Below, piece by piece: positions 1-10,097 of a stretch of DNA of 64,000 bases (within the stretch, counting starts at the first letter, position 1; each line of letters starts with the position of its first letter). The DNA is taken from positions 435,877 through 499,876 of the forward strand of contig JBBTCT010000009.1 of assembly GCA_038060895.1 (NCBI GenBank), given 5' to 3'. The translations under genes and the position numbers were made by a program. The notes beneath the pieces were generated by a model. It had not been told where the DNA came from, searched no databases, and was given only the letters and a program-made list of their open reading frames with translations. This stretch comes from Planctomycetota bacterium (GTDB taxonomy: Bacteria > Planctomycetota > MHYJ01 > WSZJ01).

Positions 1-285
<285 letters not shown>

Positions 286-807
286 ATGAAGCGGTTACCG
301 ATTCTGGCTCTCGTCGTCGCCGCCGGCTGTGCGGGAACCGCGAAAGAGGTAGAGGAGAGCCGGAGCCTGATGACGAGCGACGGGCACGCCTCCTTCGTCC
401 TGCCCGCCGGTTGGCAGGGCGCCGGCAAGGGCGAGGCGACCCAGGAGTGGCAGCTGCTGCGCGGCGAAGCGGTCGTCGCGACCCTTGAAGTGATTTTCAT
501 CGCGGACTACGCGGACTTTTTCCGTCGCCCGGACGACCTGGCCTACATGGTGGGGAAGGACGACCCGACCCGTGAATACGAGGTCGTCGCGGCGGGGAAG
601 ACTGGGACGCAGGGCGGGCCGGCGGTGACGGTGCGGTACAGGATGGGGCATGGAGCGACAAGCGTCACCGGGACGAATCTCTTCGTCCTCACGCCCGAGG
701 GGGCGGTTCAGTTCAAACTCGTTTACTGGATGGGCGAGCCGGCGCAGGACGTGGAGTCCGAGGGAGAGGGCATTCTCTCCAGCGTGCGGGTGCTGGAAAT
801 CCAGTAG
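286..807 (+). CDS. Hypothetical lipoprotein
   Basis: Signal peptide with lipobox (VAAG-C); starts immediately after the guaB stop. Confidence 0.7.
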   Translation: MKRLPILALVVAAGCAGTAKEVEESRSLMTSDGHASFVLPAGWQGAGKGEATQEWQLLRGEAVVATLEVIFIADYADFFRRPDDLAYMVGKDDPTREYEVVAAGKTGTQGGPAVTVRYRMGHGATSVTGTNLFVLTPEGAVQFKLVYWMGEPAQDVESEGEGILSSVRVLEIQ

Positions 808-860
808 GGCGGCCGCAGCGGCTTCCCCGTTGCCGTGCGCGCCCTTCAACCGTTAGCCTC

Positions 861-1478
861 GTGCGCGTGCCCTTCTCCCCCAGGCTGGTCCGCGCGACCT
901 ACGACCGCCGTGCTCCGATCTACGACGCCGTCGTGCAGGCGCTGGCGCTCGGGAGGGACCGGTCGTACCGGCGCCGCGCGCTTGCGGCGCTTGCCGCGCG
1001 GCCGGGGGACCGTGTGCTGGACGCCGGCTGCGGAACGGGGAGGAATTTCCCGTTGCTGGCGGTGGCCGGCGTCACTGCGTTCGAGGGGTGCGACCTCTCC
1101 GCACGGTCACTCGCGAAAGCCGCGCTCCGCGGCGCCCGCGTCGCGCAGGCCGATGCCGAGCAGCTTCCGTACCGGGACGCATCGTTCGACCGCGTCCTCT
1201 CGACGTACGTCCTGACCTCGGTCGCGAACTGGCGGCGCGCGCTCGAGGAACTGGTTCGCGTCCTCAAGCCCGGCGGCCGCCTCGTCGTCTCCGACGACCG
1301 TCTGCCTCCCGGCTGGTTCCTCGGCCCGTGCCCGATGCTGGGGATGCTCCGGCGCGAAGGCTGGGTGGACATGCACCGGGACGTCAAGGCCGAGATGGAG
1401 AAGCGTCTTCGCGGCGTCGAACTGCGCTTTCTTCACCTGCGGATGATTTACGTGATTTCCGGGGAGAAGGCGGCATGA
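861..1478 (+). CDS. Class I SAM-dependent methyltransferase (UbiE-like)
   Basis: VLDAGCGTG motif I; DAEQLPYRDASFD; ELVRVLKPGGRL. Confidence 0.9.
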   Translation: MRVPFSPRLVRATYDRRAPIYDAVVQALALGRDRSYRRRALAALAARPGDRVLDAGCGTGRNFPLLAVAGVTAFEGCDLSARSLAKAALRGARVAQADAEQLPYRDASFDRVLSTYVLTSVANWRRALEELVRVLKPGGRLVVSDDRLPPGWFLGPCPMLGMLRREGWVDMHRDVKAEMEKRLRGVELRFLHLRMIYVISGEKAA

Positions 1479-2146
1479 AGCGCTTCATGCCGCTCATGGC
1501 CGTCCTGGTTTCCGCCTGTGCGGTTCCTTCCAGGGAGCCCGATTATGACGCGGTGCGTCAAATGGTGCCGAAGGGAAAGCGTGCCGACGAGATCCGGGAA
1601 CGCTTTCACGTCGGCCTTTACGGATCCTGGCAGGACGGTGAGCTTTCCGTCCTCGCGGGCGCGCTCGAGATGTTCCCCAACAAGGATCTTTCCGACCTCG
1701 AGTTCTACAGGATGCCCCGGGGTCCGGAGCGGGGCGGTCGATACGACCTCGGGCGCGTCACCGTACGCGAGCCGACGCTCGACGTCGTCCTCCACGAGCT
1801 GGGGCACGCGGTCCATTCCCGCTGCCCGTCGCGGGGCCGGCTGGACGCCGACCTGCAGGCGGTGCTTCCGTTCGGGTCCTGGCACTCCGCGGCGTGCTGG
1901 GCCGACGGCAGGTGCGACTCGCGAAACGGGTTCGTGTCGCCCTACGCGGCCATGAACATCGAAGAGTGCGTCGCGGAGTCCGTGGCGGCGGCGAAATTGT
2001 GGTCGCGACGCGGGCGCGGGGCGCTGGCGGAGACGGACTGGAGCGACGAACGCTTCGGGAGGGTCTTCGAGATCCTGGACCGGTACGGGCTGACCGATGC
2101 CGAAGACCGGGCTGAAATCAGGAAGTCCGCCAGGCTGATGCGCTAG
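1475..2146 (+). CDS. Putative lipoprotein zinc metallopeptidase (HExxH)
   Basis: ATG at 1475 overlaps the upstream stop (ATGA); lipobox LVSA-C; VLHELGHAVH plus downstream FVSPYAAMNIEECVAE. Confidence 0.7.
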   Translation: MKRFMPLMAVLVSACAVPSREPDYDAVRQMVPKGKRADEIRERFHVGLYGSWQDGELSVLAGALEMFPNKDLSDLEFYRMPRGPERGGRYDLGRVTVREPTLDVVLHELGHAVHSRCPSRGRLDADLQAVLPFGSWHSAACWADGRCDSRNGFVSPYAAMNIEECVAESVAAAKLWSRRGRGALAETDWSDERFGRVFEILDRYGLTDAEDRAEIRKSARLMR

Positions 2147-2475
2147 CCCACGGCCGAGAAGGGCAGCTCCGCCAGGCGCGTCGCTTCCATCGCCATCTCC
2201 TTCACTTCTTCCCAGAGCTCCCGGTCCTCGGGCTTGCCGAGCGCCAGGGCGCGGACCGCGACGCAGAGGGGACGGAGCCAGAGAATCGCCGAGCTGGCCC
2301 TTGCGGGGTTGGCGTCGCCCGCGGCGTCCTGGAGGCGCACGGTGAATTCGCGGACCGCGCTGGCTAGATCATGGCGGCGCTTGTCGAGCCGATCGCTGAG
2401 GCGGAACAGAAGCGGGACGAGCTGGTCCCGGGCGAACGTGCGAGTCGTGACGTCCGGCATGGGAGCCGCTTTCAC
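2143..2475 (-). CDS. Hypothetical helical protein
   Basis: 110-aa ORF with natural composition, converging on the peptidase gene; GGAT upstream of the start on the minus strand. Confidence 0.5.
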   Translation of the reverse strand: MKAAPMPDVTTRTFARDQLVPLLFRLSDRLDKRRHDLASAVREFTVRLQDAAGDANPARASSAILWLRPLCVAVRALALGKPEDRELWEEVKEMAMEATRLAELPFSAVG

Positions 2476-2541
2476 TGGAGTCCATCCACTTCTTCGGCTC
2501 GCGCACGCAGACGACTTAAGTTGCGAGTTCCGGGTCCAACA

Positions 2542-2571
2542 ATAGAAAAGCCCCCCGCGAACGGGGGGCTT
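2542..2571 (-). terminator. Rho-independent terminator of the dodecin gene
   Basis: AAGCCCCCCG-CGAA-CGGGGGGCTT stem followed by a U-rich tract on the minus strand. Confidence 0.8.
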
Positions 2572-2587
2572 CCCGGGATGGCGATCC

Positions 2588-2788
2588 CTATTCGAGAACG
2601 AAGGTGACGTTCAGGTGAACGCGATACTCCTTGATCTTGTTCTTCTCAACCTTGATGTTCTGCCGGATCACTTCGATGCCGGTGATCCCGCGAAGCGTCT
2701 TCGCGGCGCGGTCGACGCCGGCATTGATCGCGTCTGCGAAACTCTTGTCTGAGGACGCCACCAGCTCGGTCACGCGGGCAATGGCCAT
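2588..2788 (-). CDS. Dodecin family flavin-binding protein
   Basis: 66 aa; ELVASSDKSFADAI...RAAKTLRGI...IKEYRVHLNVTFVLE; AGGAG RBS. Confidence 0.9.
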   Translation of the reverse strand: MAIARVTELVASSDKSFADAINAGVDRAAKTLRGITGIEVIRQNIKVEKNKIKEYRVHLNVTFVLE

Positions 2789-2924
2789 GTCTCGGTCTCC
2801 TTGACGGGGGGCGGAGAAGAAGTAGAACGGCAGAGCCTAATGGGGCGTTCGGGGTCGTCAAGGAATGCCGCCCTTCGGCCGCGCGGGATGGCCGTGTCGA
2901 CCGATTTCACAGGGAGAACCAGGG

Positions 2925-3839
2925 ATGAGAGTTGCCGTGACTGGCGCAACAGGGTTCGTGGGGAAGCACCTGTGCGCGATGCTGCAGGAACGAAAGCACG
3001 AGGTCGTCGCGTTGACGAGGGACGCTGCGAAGGCGCCGCGAGGGACACAGGCGAAGCAGTGGGATGGCAGGGACGCTGAAGCGCTGAAGGCCGCGACCGC
3101 GGGATGCGACGCGATCGTGAACCTGGCCGGCGAAAACATCTTCGCGAAGAAGTGGGACGCTGATTTCCGGAAGACGATCCGCGCGAGCCGTATCGACTGC
3201 ACGAAGGCCTGCGTGGAGGCCTGCAAAGCCGGCCCGAAGATCCTCGTGAACGCAAGCGCGACCGGTTACTACGGCCCTCGCGGCCCCGAAGTGTGCGACG
3301 AGGAATCGATGGCGGACATGTGGAATTTCCTCAGCAGCGTCTGCCTGGAGTGGGAAGCGGAGGCGAAGAAGGCCGAAGCCGGTGGCGTGCGGGTCGTCCT
3401 GCTGCGCATCGGCGTCGTCCTCGGCCGTGACGGCGGAGCGATCCAGAAAATGCTCCCGCCGTTCCGTGCCGGCTTCGGCGGGCCGATCGGCAAGGGCGAC
3501 CAGTTCCTCTCGTGGATCCACATCGACGACGTCTGCGGGATGGCTATTCGCGCGATCGAAGAGGCGGGCTGGAAGGGGCCGTTCAATGGCACGGCGCCGC
3601 ACCCCGTGACGAACAAGGAATTCTCCAAGGTCCTGGCCAGGCTCCTCCGGCGGCCATCGCTCTTCGTGACACCTCCGTTCGTCATGAAGCTGATGCTGGG
3701 GGACGTCGCGGAACTGGTGACGACGGGGCAGAATGTCGTTCCGAAAAAGGCCCTTGCGGGCGGGTACGAGTACCGGTATCCGGCGCTCGAGGGGGCTCTT
3801 CGAAACCTGCTCGACATCCCGGAGGCGAAGAGCGCCTGA
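2925..3839 (+). CDS. TIGR01777 family NAD-dependent epimerase/oxidoreductase (YfcH-like)
   Basis: MRVAVTGATGFVG; VNLAGENI; LRIGVVLG; SWIHIDD; GQNVVPKK. Confidence 0.92.
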   Translation: MRVAVTGATGFVGKHLCAMLQERKHEVVALTRDAAKAPRGTQAKQWDGRDAEALKAATAGCDAIVNLAGENIFAKKWDADFRKTIRASRIDCTKACVEACKAGPKILVNASATGYYGPRGPEVCDEESMADMWNFLSSVCLEWEAEAKKAEAGGVRVVLLRIGVVLGRDGGAIQKMLPPFRAGFGGPIGKGDQFLSWIHIDDVCGMAIRAIEEAGWKGPFNGTAPHPVTNKEFSKVLARLLRRPSLFVTPPFVMKLMLGDVAELVTTGQNVVPKKALAGGYEYRYPALEGALRNLLDIPEAKSA

Positions 3840-3889
3840 CGCAGCCGGTGATGGCCTGACCGATCCATTGGGACTATGCTTCGCGCGCC

Positions 3890-6238
3890 ATGTTACGCCG
3901 CCTTGCTCCCGGGGAGCACGAGTACGACCTGTGCATCATTGGCGCGGGTCCGGCAGGACTCACTGTTGCGGCCGAGCTTGCCTACAGCGGGCTGCGCGTG
4001 TGCGTGCTGGAGAGCGGCGAGGAAAAGCGTGGTCCCTTTGCCGATGCGCTGAAGGAGGTTCTCAATGAAGGGCTGGCCATCAAGCCGGAGTCGCGCGTGC
4101 GAGCGCTCGGAGGCGCTTCCCTGACGTGGAACGGCCGCTCGGCACGGCTCGACCCCATTGACTTCGAGTCGCGACCGTGGAGTCCGGGGTGGCCCTTCGG
4201 GCGGGAGGTCCTCGAGCCCCTGGAAGTGCGGGCCGGGGCGTACCGTTTTCCCGCCGTGGACGAATTCCTGCGCTCGGAGGGACCGGAGGGGGAGCCGCGG
4301 GGCTGGCGCCACCTGCAGGAGAAAGTGTTCGTGATGACGCTTCCCACGTACCGCTACGGCTCCCTGAAGTACCTGTTTGACCGTGCGGGGTTCGACCTGG
4401 CCATGGGGGCGACGGTCGTGCGCCTGGAGGTCGAGTCGGGCCGGGTGGTCAGCGCGGTGTGCCGGTCGGAGGGGGGCGCGGAGTCGCGAGTCAGGGCGAG
4501 GGCGTTCGTCCTGGCGGCGGGGGGCATCGAGAACCCGCGCTTGCTGTTGAATTCGAACCTCGGGAACGAGCACGACCAGGTGGGCCGGTACTTCATGAAT
4601 CACACCAAGTGCCACAGCGGGTACTGGTGCCTGTCCCGGCGTCTTCCCCTGCGAAGCCTGTACACGCCGCAGACGGAAGGACCGCGCATGAACTACCTGG
4701 GGCTGCGCCTGACGGAGGAATTCCAGCGCGCGCATGGGCTCCTGAACTCGTACGTGGGATTTGAGCCCAGGCTCGGGTTCGTGCAAAGGGTCGCGTGTGC
4801 ACTGGGGCGGCGAATCCTGCCTCCCTCGACGGATCTGCTGCGATCGATGTCGAGGCCGCGAACGGTGCGACTGAGCTGGCATATCGACATGGAGCCGCAA
4901 GCGGAGAATCGCGTCGTGCTCGGCGAGAAGCGCGACGCATTCGGCATGCCCATGGCTTCCGTGCGCCACCGTTTGTCCTCGCGTGACATGGACACGATCC
5001 GGGCGCTGTGGAAAGAACTTGGGGACGATGTCGGGCGCAACGGACTCGGGCATCTGAGCGGCAGCCCGGAAGAGGTCATCGCCGACCTCACGATCGACGC
5101 GAGCCATCACCTGGGCGCGACGCGGATGGGACGCGACCCGGTGACCTCCGTCGTGAATACGGACTGCCGGTTGCACACCGTGGAGAACCTGTTTGTCGCC
5201 GGCAGTTCGGTGTTTCCGACCGCAGGATGCGCCAACCCGACCATGACGATCGTCGCCCTCGCACTTCGGCTGGCGGACCACCTCGGTGAGTTGCTGGGAG
5301 CCAGGCGGGCGGAAACTGCCGCGCCGGGTGGGCGGAAGCGGATTGTCATCATCGGCGCCGGGCGGCGCGTTTCGGAAGACGTCGTGCCTGCGCTGGAGTC
5401 GCTGGGTGACGCATTCGAGATCACGGGACTGTACGCCCGCTCGCCCGGCGCCGTTTTCGGGAGACGCCGCCGCTACGACGTACGGCCGCTTCAGGAATCC
5501 ACGGCAAATCTCAAAGAAGCCGACTTCGTTTACCTGGCGGTGCCGCGCGGTGCGGTCGTGAAGGCGCTGAAGAACCTGGCGCCGACTCCCCGGGCGGAGC
5601 TGGTGATCGACACTCCGACGCCCCTCTCACGGGACTTCCTGCAGGCGCTTCGCAGGTTTCGGAAGGTCCACGTCGCCGAGGACAGCGCCTGCCTTCCGTG
5701 GCTGGACGCCGTCCGCGCCTGGTACGGGAAGAAGAGCCAGGCGGGGCCGCGCGAGATCGACTGCGACCGTTCGGTTTTTCGCTACCACGGCATTGCGCTC
5801 CTCAAGGTTCTCGCCGGAACTCCGGGCGCGCCCGCGCGGGTCCGGTCCGGCAGGCGGAGGGGCCGCGTTCTGCGCCTTCGTGTGGGCGACGCGCGCGCCC
5901 GAATCGTCCAGGACCGCGACTACGCGAAAGGGAAGCTCACTCTGGACGGAAGTGAGATCCGGCTGCTGTGCGCGGGCGAGTCCTGCACGGGTTTCGAAAT
6001 CGAGGGGACGCAGTCATCGCTGACCCCGGACGAATCCATCCTTATGGGCGGCGTCCTTCCGGGCGACACCGTCGTCACCCGCATGCTCCACCTCAAGCGC
6101 GTCGGCCTGGCACGCATGCTCGCCATGGCCGCCCGGGGCGAGGATCCCTGGCCCCTCGCCGAAGGAATCAATGATGCACGCGTGGACCACATGCTCCAGC
6201 GCTTCCGCATTTTCCTGCGCCTGGGAACATCCCGCTGA
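3890..6238 (+). CDS. GMC-family FAD oxidoreductase fused to a C-terminal Rossmann (Gfo/Idh/MocA-like) domain
   Basis: IIGAGPAG; LAAGGIENPRLLL; SHHLGATRMG; GSSVFPTAGCANPTMTI; second domain begins RIVIIGAG. Confidence 0.85.
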   Translation: MLRRLAPGEHEYDLCIIGAGPAGLTVAAELAYSGLRVCVLESGEEKRGPFADALKEVLNEGLAIKPESRVRALGGASLTWNGRSARLDPIDFESRPWSPGWPFGREVLEPLEVRAGAYRFPAVDEFLRSEGPEGEPRGWRHLQEKVFVMTLPTYRYGSLKYLFDRAGFDLAMGATVVRLEVESGRVVSAVCRSEGGAESRVRARAFVLAAGGIENPRLLLNSNLGNEHDQVGRYFMNHTKCHSGYWCLSRRLPLRSLYTPQTEGPRMNYLGLRLTEEFQRAHGLLNSYVGFEPRLGFVQRVACALGRRILPPSTDLLRSMSRPRTVRLSWHIDMEPQAENRVVLGEKRDAFGMPMASVRHRLSSRDMDTIRALWKELGDDVGRNGLGHLSGSPEEVIADLTIDASHHLGATRMGRDPVTSVVNTDCRLHTVENLFVAGSSVFPTAGCANPTMTIVALALRLADHLGELLGARRAETAAPGGRKRIVIIGAGRRVSEDVVPALESLGDAFEITGLYARSPGAVFGRRRRYDVRPLQESTANLKEADFVYLAVPRGAVVKALKNLAPTPRAELVIDTPTPLSRDFLQALRRFRKVHVAEDSACLPWLDAVRAWYGKKSQAGPREIDCDRSVFRYHGIALLKVLAGTPGAPARVRSGRRRGRVLRLRVGDARARIVQDRDYAKGKLTLDGSEIRLLCAGESCTGFEIEGTQSSLTPDESILMGGVLPGDTVVTRMLHLKRVGLARMLAMAARGEDPWPLAEGINDARVDHMLQRFRIFLRLGTSR

Positions 6239-6296
6239 TCTGGCGGCCCCGCTGGTTTTTTGCGCGAGCCCGGGGGTTCGACTTAGGATAGCCAGA

Positions 6297-6980
6297 ATGG
6301 CGAAGCGAGGGCTGCTGCATCGGCTGGGCTGTCTCTTGAGGAACCAGACTCTCCTGCGCATCCTGATGGACGAGGGCCTGGCGCTCGAGACGGTCAAGGG
6401 CCGCACCATCGACATTGGCGGCGGACGGCACCAGACCTACCTGGGATACCTGCGGTTGGAGGAGGACGCGAAGATCGAGGCGGTGGACGCCTCGATTTCC
6501 AGCATCGATTTCGAGAAGGACCGCCTTCCCTATGACGATGCCTCCATCGATTCCGAACTCTGCTGCAACGTCCTCGAACACATCTACAACCACCGTCACC
6601 TCCTGCGAGAAATGCACCGGATCCTCAAGCCGGGCGGAGCCCTGGTCGGTTTCGTTCCCTTCCTCTACGTCTATCACCCGGATCCCCAGGATTACTTCCG
6701 GTACACCAGCACCGCGCTCGTGCGGCTCCTCGAGGACACGGGATTCAAGGAAGCGACGGCCCGCGGCATCGGCGGCGGACCTTTTCTCCTGAACTTCAAT
6801 ACGCTCGCGCCATCGCTTCCGCGGTTTCTCCGCGCCCTGGCCTTTCCCTGGTACGCACTGCTCGACTGGGTCTTCCTCCTCCTGCGGCCGCGCGCCCGGA
6901 TCCGGTATCCGCTCGGGTACATCTTTTCTGCGCGTGCCGGCGCCGCGCCAAACGGTCCCCAGGTTCCCGAGGGGCGATGA
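6297..6980 (+). CDS. Class I SAM-dependent methyltransferase (Methyltransf_11-like)
   Basis: IDIGGG; NVLEHI; EMHRILKPGG; VPFLYVYHPDPQDYFRYT; start inferred at ATG 6297. Confidence 0.85.
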   Translation: MAKRGLLHRLGCLLRNQTLLRILMDEGLALETVKGRTIDIGGGRHQTYLGYLRLEEDAKIEAVDASISSIDFEKDRLPYDDASIDSELCCNVLEHIYNHRHLLREMHRILKPGGALVGFVPFLYVYHPDPQDYFRYTSTALVRLLEDTGFKEATARGIGGGPFLLNFNTLAPSLPRFLRALAFPWYALLDWVFLLLRPRARIRYPLGYIFSARAGAAPNGPQVPEGR

Positions 6981-9900
6981 GCGACGTCGTCGCCGGCGAT
7001 GATTCCCGCCAGGATCCGCCCCGCGACCCTTCTCCCGAAGCGCACGCAGAGACGCTCAGGCCGCCTGCCGCGCCGGGCGATGCTCATACGGGGACCTCAG
7101 CTTCCGATTCCGCCCTCCTGCGCGCGATCGCGCCTCCGCTTTCGCCGGAGGCCGCGGCCGCGCCTCCCTCGTCCCGATTCGGCAAGTTCGTCCGTGTCCG
7201 CAAGCTCGGTCAGGGCGGCATGGGCGAAGTCTGGCAGGCGTGGGATATCCCGCTCGGGCGCTGGGTCGCCCTCAAATTCCTCACGGGAGGCGACGAGACC
7301 GAAATCGCCCGCTTCACGCAGGAAGCTCACGTGGCCGGCAAGCTCTCGCACCCGAACATCACCGCGGTTTACGAGGTCGGGGAAGCGCAGGGGCGGCACT
7401 TCATCTCGATGCAGTACATCGATGGAGCCACGGCGGCGAAGCTGCCGCGGGGTGACCGGCGGCTGATCGCGAGGCTGATCCGCGACGCGGCGCGCGGAGT
7501 CGAGGAAGCGCACCGGGCTGGCGTCGTGCACCGGGACCTGAAGCCGGAAAATCTCCTGGTGCGGGGGCGGAGGGCGGGCGGCAGCGGCGTGGACGAGCCG
7601 CACGTCTTCGTGACGGACTTCGGCCTCGCGCGGCGGACCGAGGGCGTCAGCGGGCTCTCGATGAGCGGCGCCATCATCGGGACTCCGTCGTACATGGCGC
7701 CGGAGCAGTCGCGCGGGGAACGCGTCGGCCCGGTCGCCGACGTCTACTCGCTGGGCGCGACGCTGTACGCGCTCCTGACGGGTGAGGCACCCTTCAGCGG
7801 CGCTTCCATTTTCGAGCTGATCAAGGCCCTTCAGGAGCAGGAAGCCCCTTCCATGCGCGCGAAGTTCCCCGCGATCGAGCGCGACCTCGACACGATCGTT
7901 CTCAAGTGCCTGGAGAAGGACCCGGCGCGCCGTTACGCCTCGGCCGCCGACCTCGCCGACGACCTCGAGCGCTTCCTCCAGGGCGAGCCGATCGCCGCGC
8001 GTCCCGCGAGCCTCGTTTATCGCGTGCGCAGGAACGTCTGGAAGCGGCGCGCGATCCTGACGGTCGCGCTCCTGGGCCTCTGCGGCGTCGCGGCGACGCT
8101 GGCCGCGGTGGTGCCTCCGCTGATCCGCGAGAGCCGGGCGCGGGCGGCGAAGGATCGCGAGGTCAAACTGTGGGCGGCGCTGGCAGGGACGCTGAGCGAG
8201 GCGGAGCTGTTGCGGCGGGCGGGAGCGGCGGAGCAGGCGAAGGCGAAGCTGGAAGAAGGGATCTCGACCTGCCGCGCATTCCTGGCGAGGGAGGAACTTC
8301 CGATCGCGCATTATTTTCTCGGGCGGATTGAGGCGACGCTGGGTCGAAACGGGGAAGCGCGTGTCGAGTTCGACCGCGCGCTCGCGCTGGACCCGGCGCT
8401 GGGCGAAGCGCGCCTCGCGCGCGGCGTCCTCCAGGCGCGCGAACTGCTCGGGGAGACTTCGCGTGCCCGCCGCGCCGAGCTCGTCGCGCATGGGCGTCAC
8501 TCGAAGTTCGACATGGACGCCATGGTCCGCGGCCGGCCCGACCTGGTGGCCCTGGTCGGTCGCGCCGAGGCGGACCTGTCGGCGCCCGTGGGCCAGAGTT
8601 CCTATTTCCGGGAATCGGATCGCGAACTCGGGTTGGCGCTCCTCGCGTTCGCGCGACGGCACGAAAAGGATGCCCGCGACCTTCTCGACCGCTGCCTCCA
8701 GCGCGATCCCGCCAACATCGAGGCCGGCGTCGCGCTCTTCCAGATGCTCGAACAGGCAAGCGAGTGGGACGAAGCGATCCGCGTGGCGCTCTCGGTATCC
8801 CAGCAGGACCGGACGCAGACGACGGCGCTCGCGACCGTCATCTACTCATGCCACTGGCTTGTCTACTACAACCCCGACGTTCCCGCGAACGATGCTCGGC
8901 GCAAGCGCCAGATCGAAGCCGCGGAGGAGCTGAAGCGGCGCGGGCCGCTCGATCTCACGGGCCGCGGTGTGATCGGATTCGCGCTCTCCGACGCCGGGGA
9001 CTACCGCGGCGCGCTGGCCGAATTCGAAGCGATCGTGGCGGCCCGGCCGGAGGACCCTGACGCCCTGACGCAGCGTGGAACCGTCCGCCTCCACCTCGGT
9101 GAGCCGGCCGCCGCCATTGAGGACTTCGACCGTTCGATCACGCTTCAACCCGACAACTGCATGAGCTGGTACAACCGCGGATCTGCGAAGCGGCTGCAGG
9201 GGAAGCCGCGCGAGGCAATCGCCGACTTCACGCAGTGCCTGGTCCTGATTCCCGGCTGGGACATTGCGCTGACTTCGCGAGGTCTCTGCCATGCGGCGCT
9301 CGGCGACATCGACGCAGCGATCGCGGACTACACCGCGGCGATCGAGTCGGGGCCGGAACGCGCCACGCCGCTCACGAACCGTGCGGCCGAGCTCTTTCAG
9401 CGTGGCCATGAGAAGGAAGCGCTGGCCGACCTCGACCGGGCCATTGAGCTTCGTCCCGGCTACTACAACGCCTGGTGGGGGCGCGGCGAAATGAAGTGGA
9501 AGAGGCAGGATCTCGAGGGCGCGGAAGCGGACCTTACGAAGGCGCTCGAGATCCGGCCCGACGCCGTTGAGCCGCATCTGTTCCGCGGTTTCTCCCGTAT
9601 TGAACTCGGCAAGGCCGACGCCGCTCTGGAAGACCTGGAGTTCGTCCTCGCAAAGAACTTCCGGCCTGGGCCCGCCTGGTTCGGCGTCGGAAACGCGAAA
9701 ATCCAGAAGAAGGACCGGACCGGCGCGATGGAGGCCTTCCGCAAGGCCACCGAGTTCGATCCCGCCAACAACGACGCCTGGAGAAACCTGGGCCAGGCCC
9801 TCATGGAATTGCTCCGCTTCTCCGACGCCCTCGAAGCATTTTCCGAAGTCATCCGGCGCGAGCCCGCCGCGTTTGAGTCATTCGCGAGTCGCGCGTTCTG

Positions 9901-10042
9901 CCGGCAGTCCGTGAAAGACTGGAAGGGCGCCGAGGAGGACTACCTGAAGGCTCTCGAACTGTCGCCGAAGGACTGGGAGGGCCGCGCGAACGTCGAGCTG
10001 CGACTGAAGTACGTGCGTGGAAAGCTCAAACTTAAGAAGTAA
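6977..10042 (+). CDS. Membrane Ser/Thr protein kinase with C-terminal TPR array
   Basis: LGQGGMGEV, VALK, HRDLKPEN, DFGLA, GTPSYMAPE; TM segment; many TPRs. Confidence 0.93.
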   Translation: MSDVVAGDDSRQDPPRDPSPEAHAETLRPPAAPGDAHTGTSASDSALLRAIAPPLSPEAAAAPPSSRFGKFVRVRKLGQGGMGEVWQAWDIPLGRWVALKFLTGGDETEIARFTQEAHVAGKLSHPNITAVYEVGEAQGRHFISMQYIDGATAAKLPRGDRRLIARLIRDAARGVEEAHRAGVVHRDLKPENLLVRGRRAGGSGVDEPHVFVTDFGLARRTEGVSGLSMSGAIIGTPSYMAPEQSRGERVGPVADVYSLGATLYALLTGEAPFSGASIFELIKALQEQEAPSMRAKFPAIERDLDTIVLKCLEKDPARRYASAADLADDLERFLQGEPIAARPASLVYRVRRNVWKRRAILTVALLGLCGVAATLAAVVPPLIRESRARAAKDREVKLWAALAGTLSEAELLRRAGAAEQAKAKLEEGISTCRAFLAREELPIAHYFLGRIEATLGRNGEARVEFDRALALDPALGEARLARGVLQARELLGETSRARRAELVAHGRHSKFDMDAMVRGRPDLVALVGRAEADLSAPVGQSSYFRESDRELGLALLAFARRHEKDARDLLDRCLQRDPANIEAGVALFQMLEQASEWDEAIRVALSVSQQDRTQTTALATVIYSCHWLVYYNPDVPANDARRKRQIEAAEELKRRGPLDLTGRGVIGFALSDAGDYRGALAEFEAIVAARPEDPDALTQRGTVRLHLGEPAAAIEDFDRSITLQPDNCMSWYNRGSAKRLQGKPREAIADFTQCLVLIPGWDIALTSRGLCHAALGDIDAAIADYTAAIESGPERATPLTNRAAELFQRGHEKEALADLDRAIELRPGYYNAWWGRGEMKWKRQDLEGAEADLTKALEIRPDAVEPHLFRGFSRIELGKADAALEDLEFVLAKNFRPGPAWFGVGNAKIQKKDRTGAMEAFRKATEFDPANNDAWRNLGQALMELLRFSDALEAFSEVIRREPAAFESFASRAFCRQSVKDWKGAEEDYLKALELSPKDWEGRANVELRLKYVRGKLKLKK

Positions 10043-10097
10043 CGCCCCCGCCGCGCGCAACGTAGACTTCCTGCAGGTCATTTGATTAGATCGCCCC

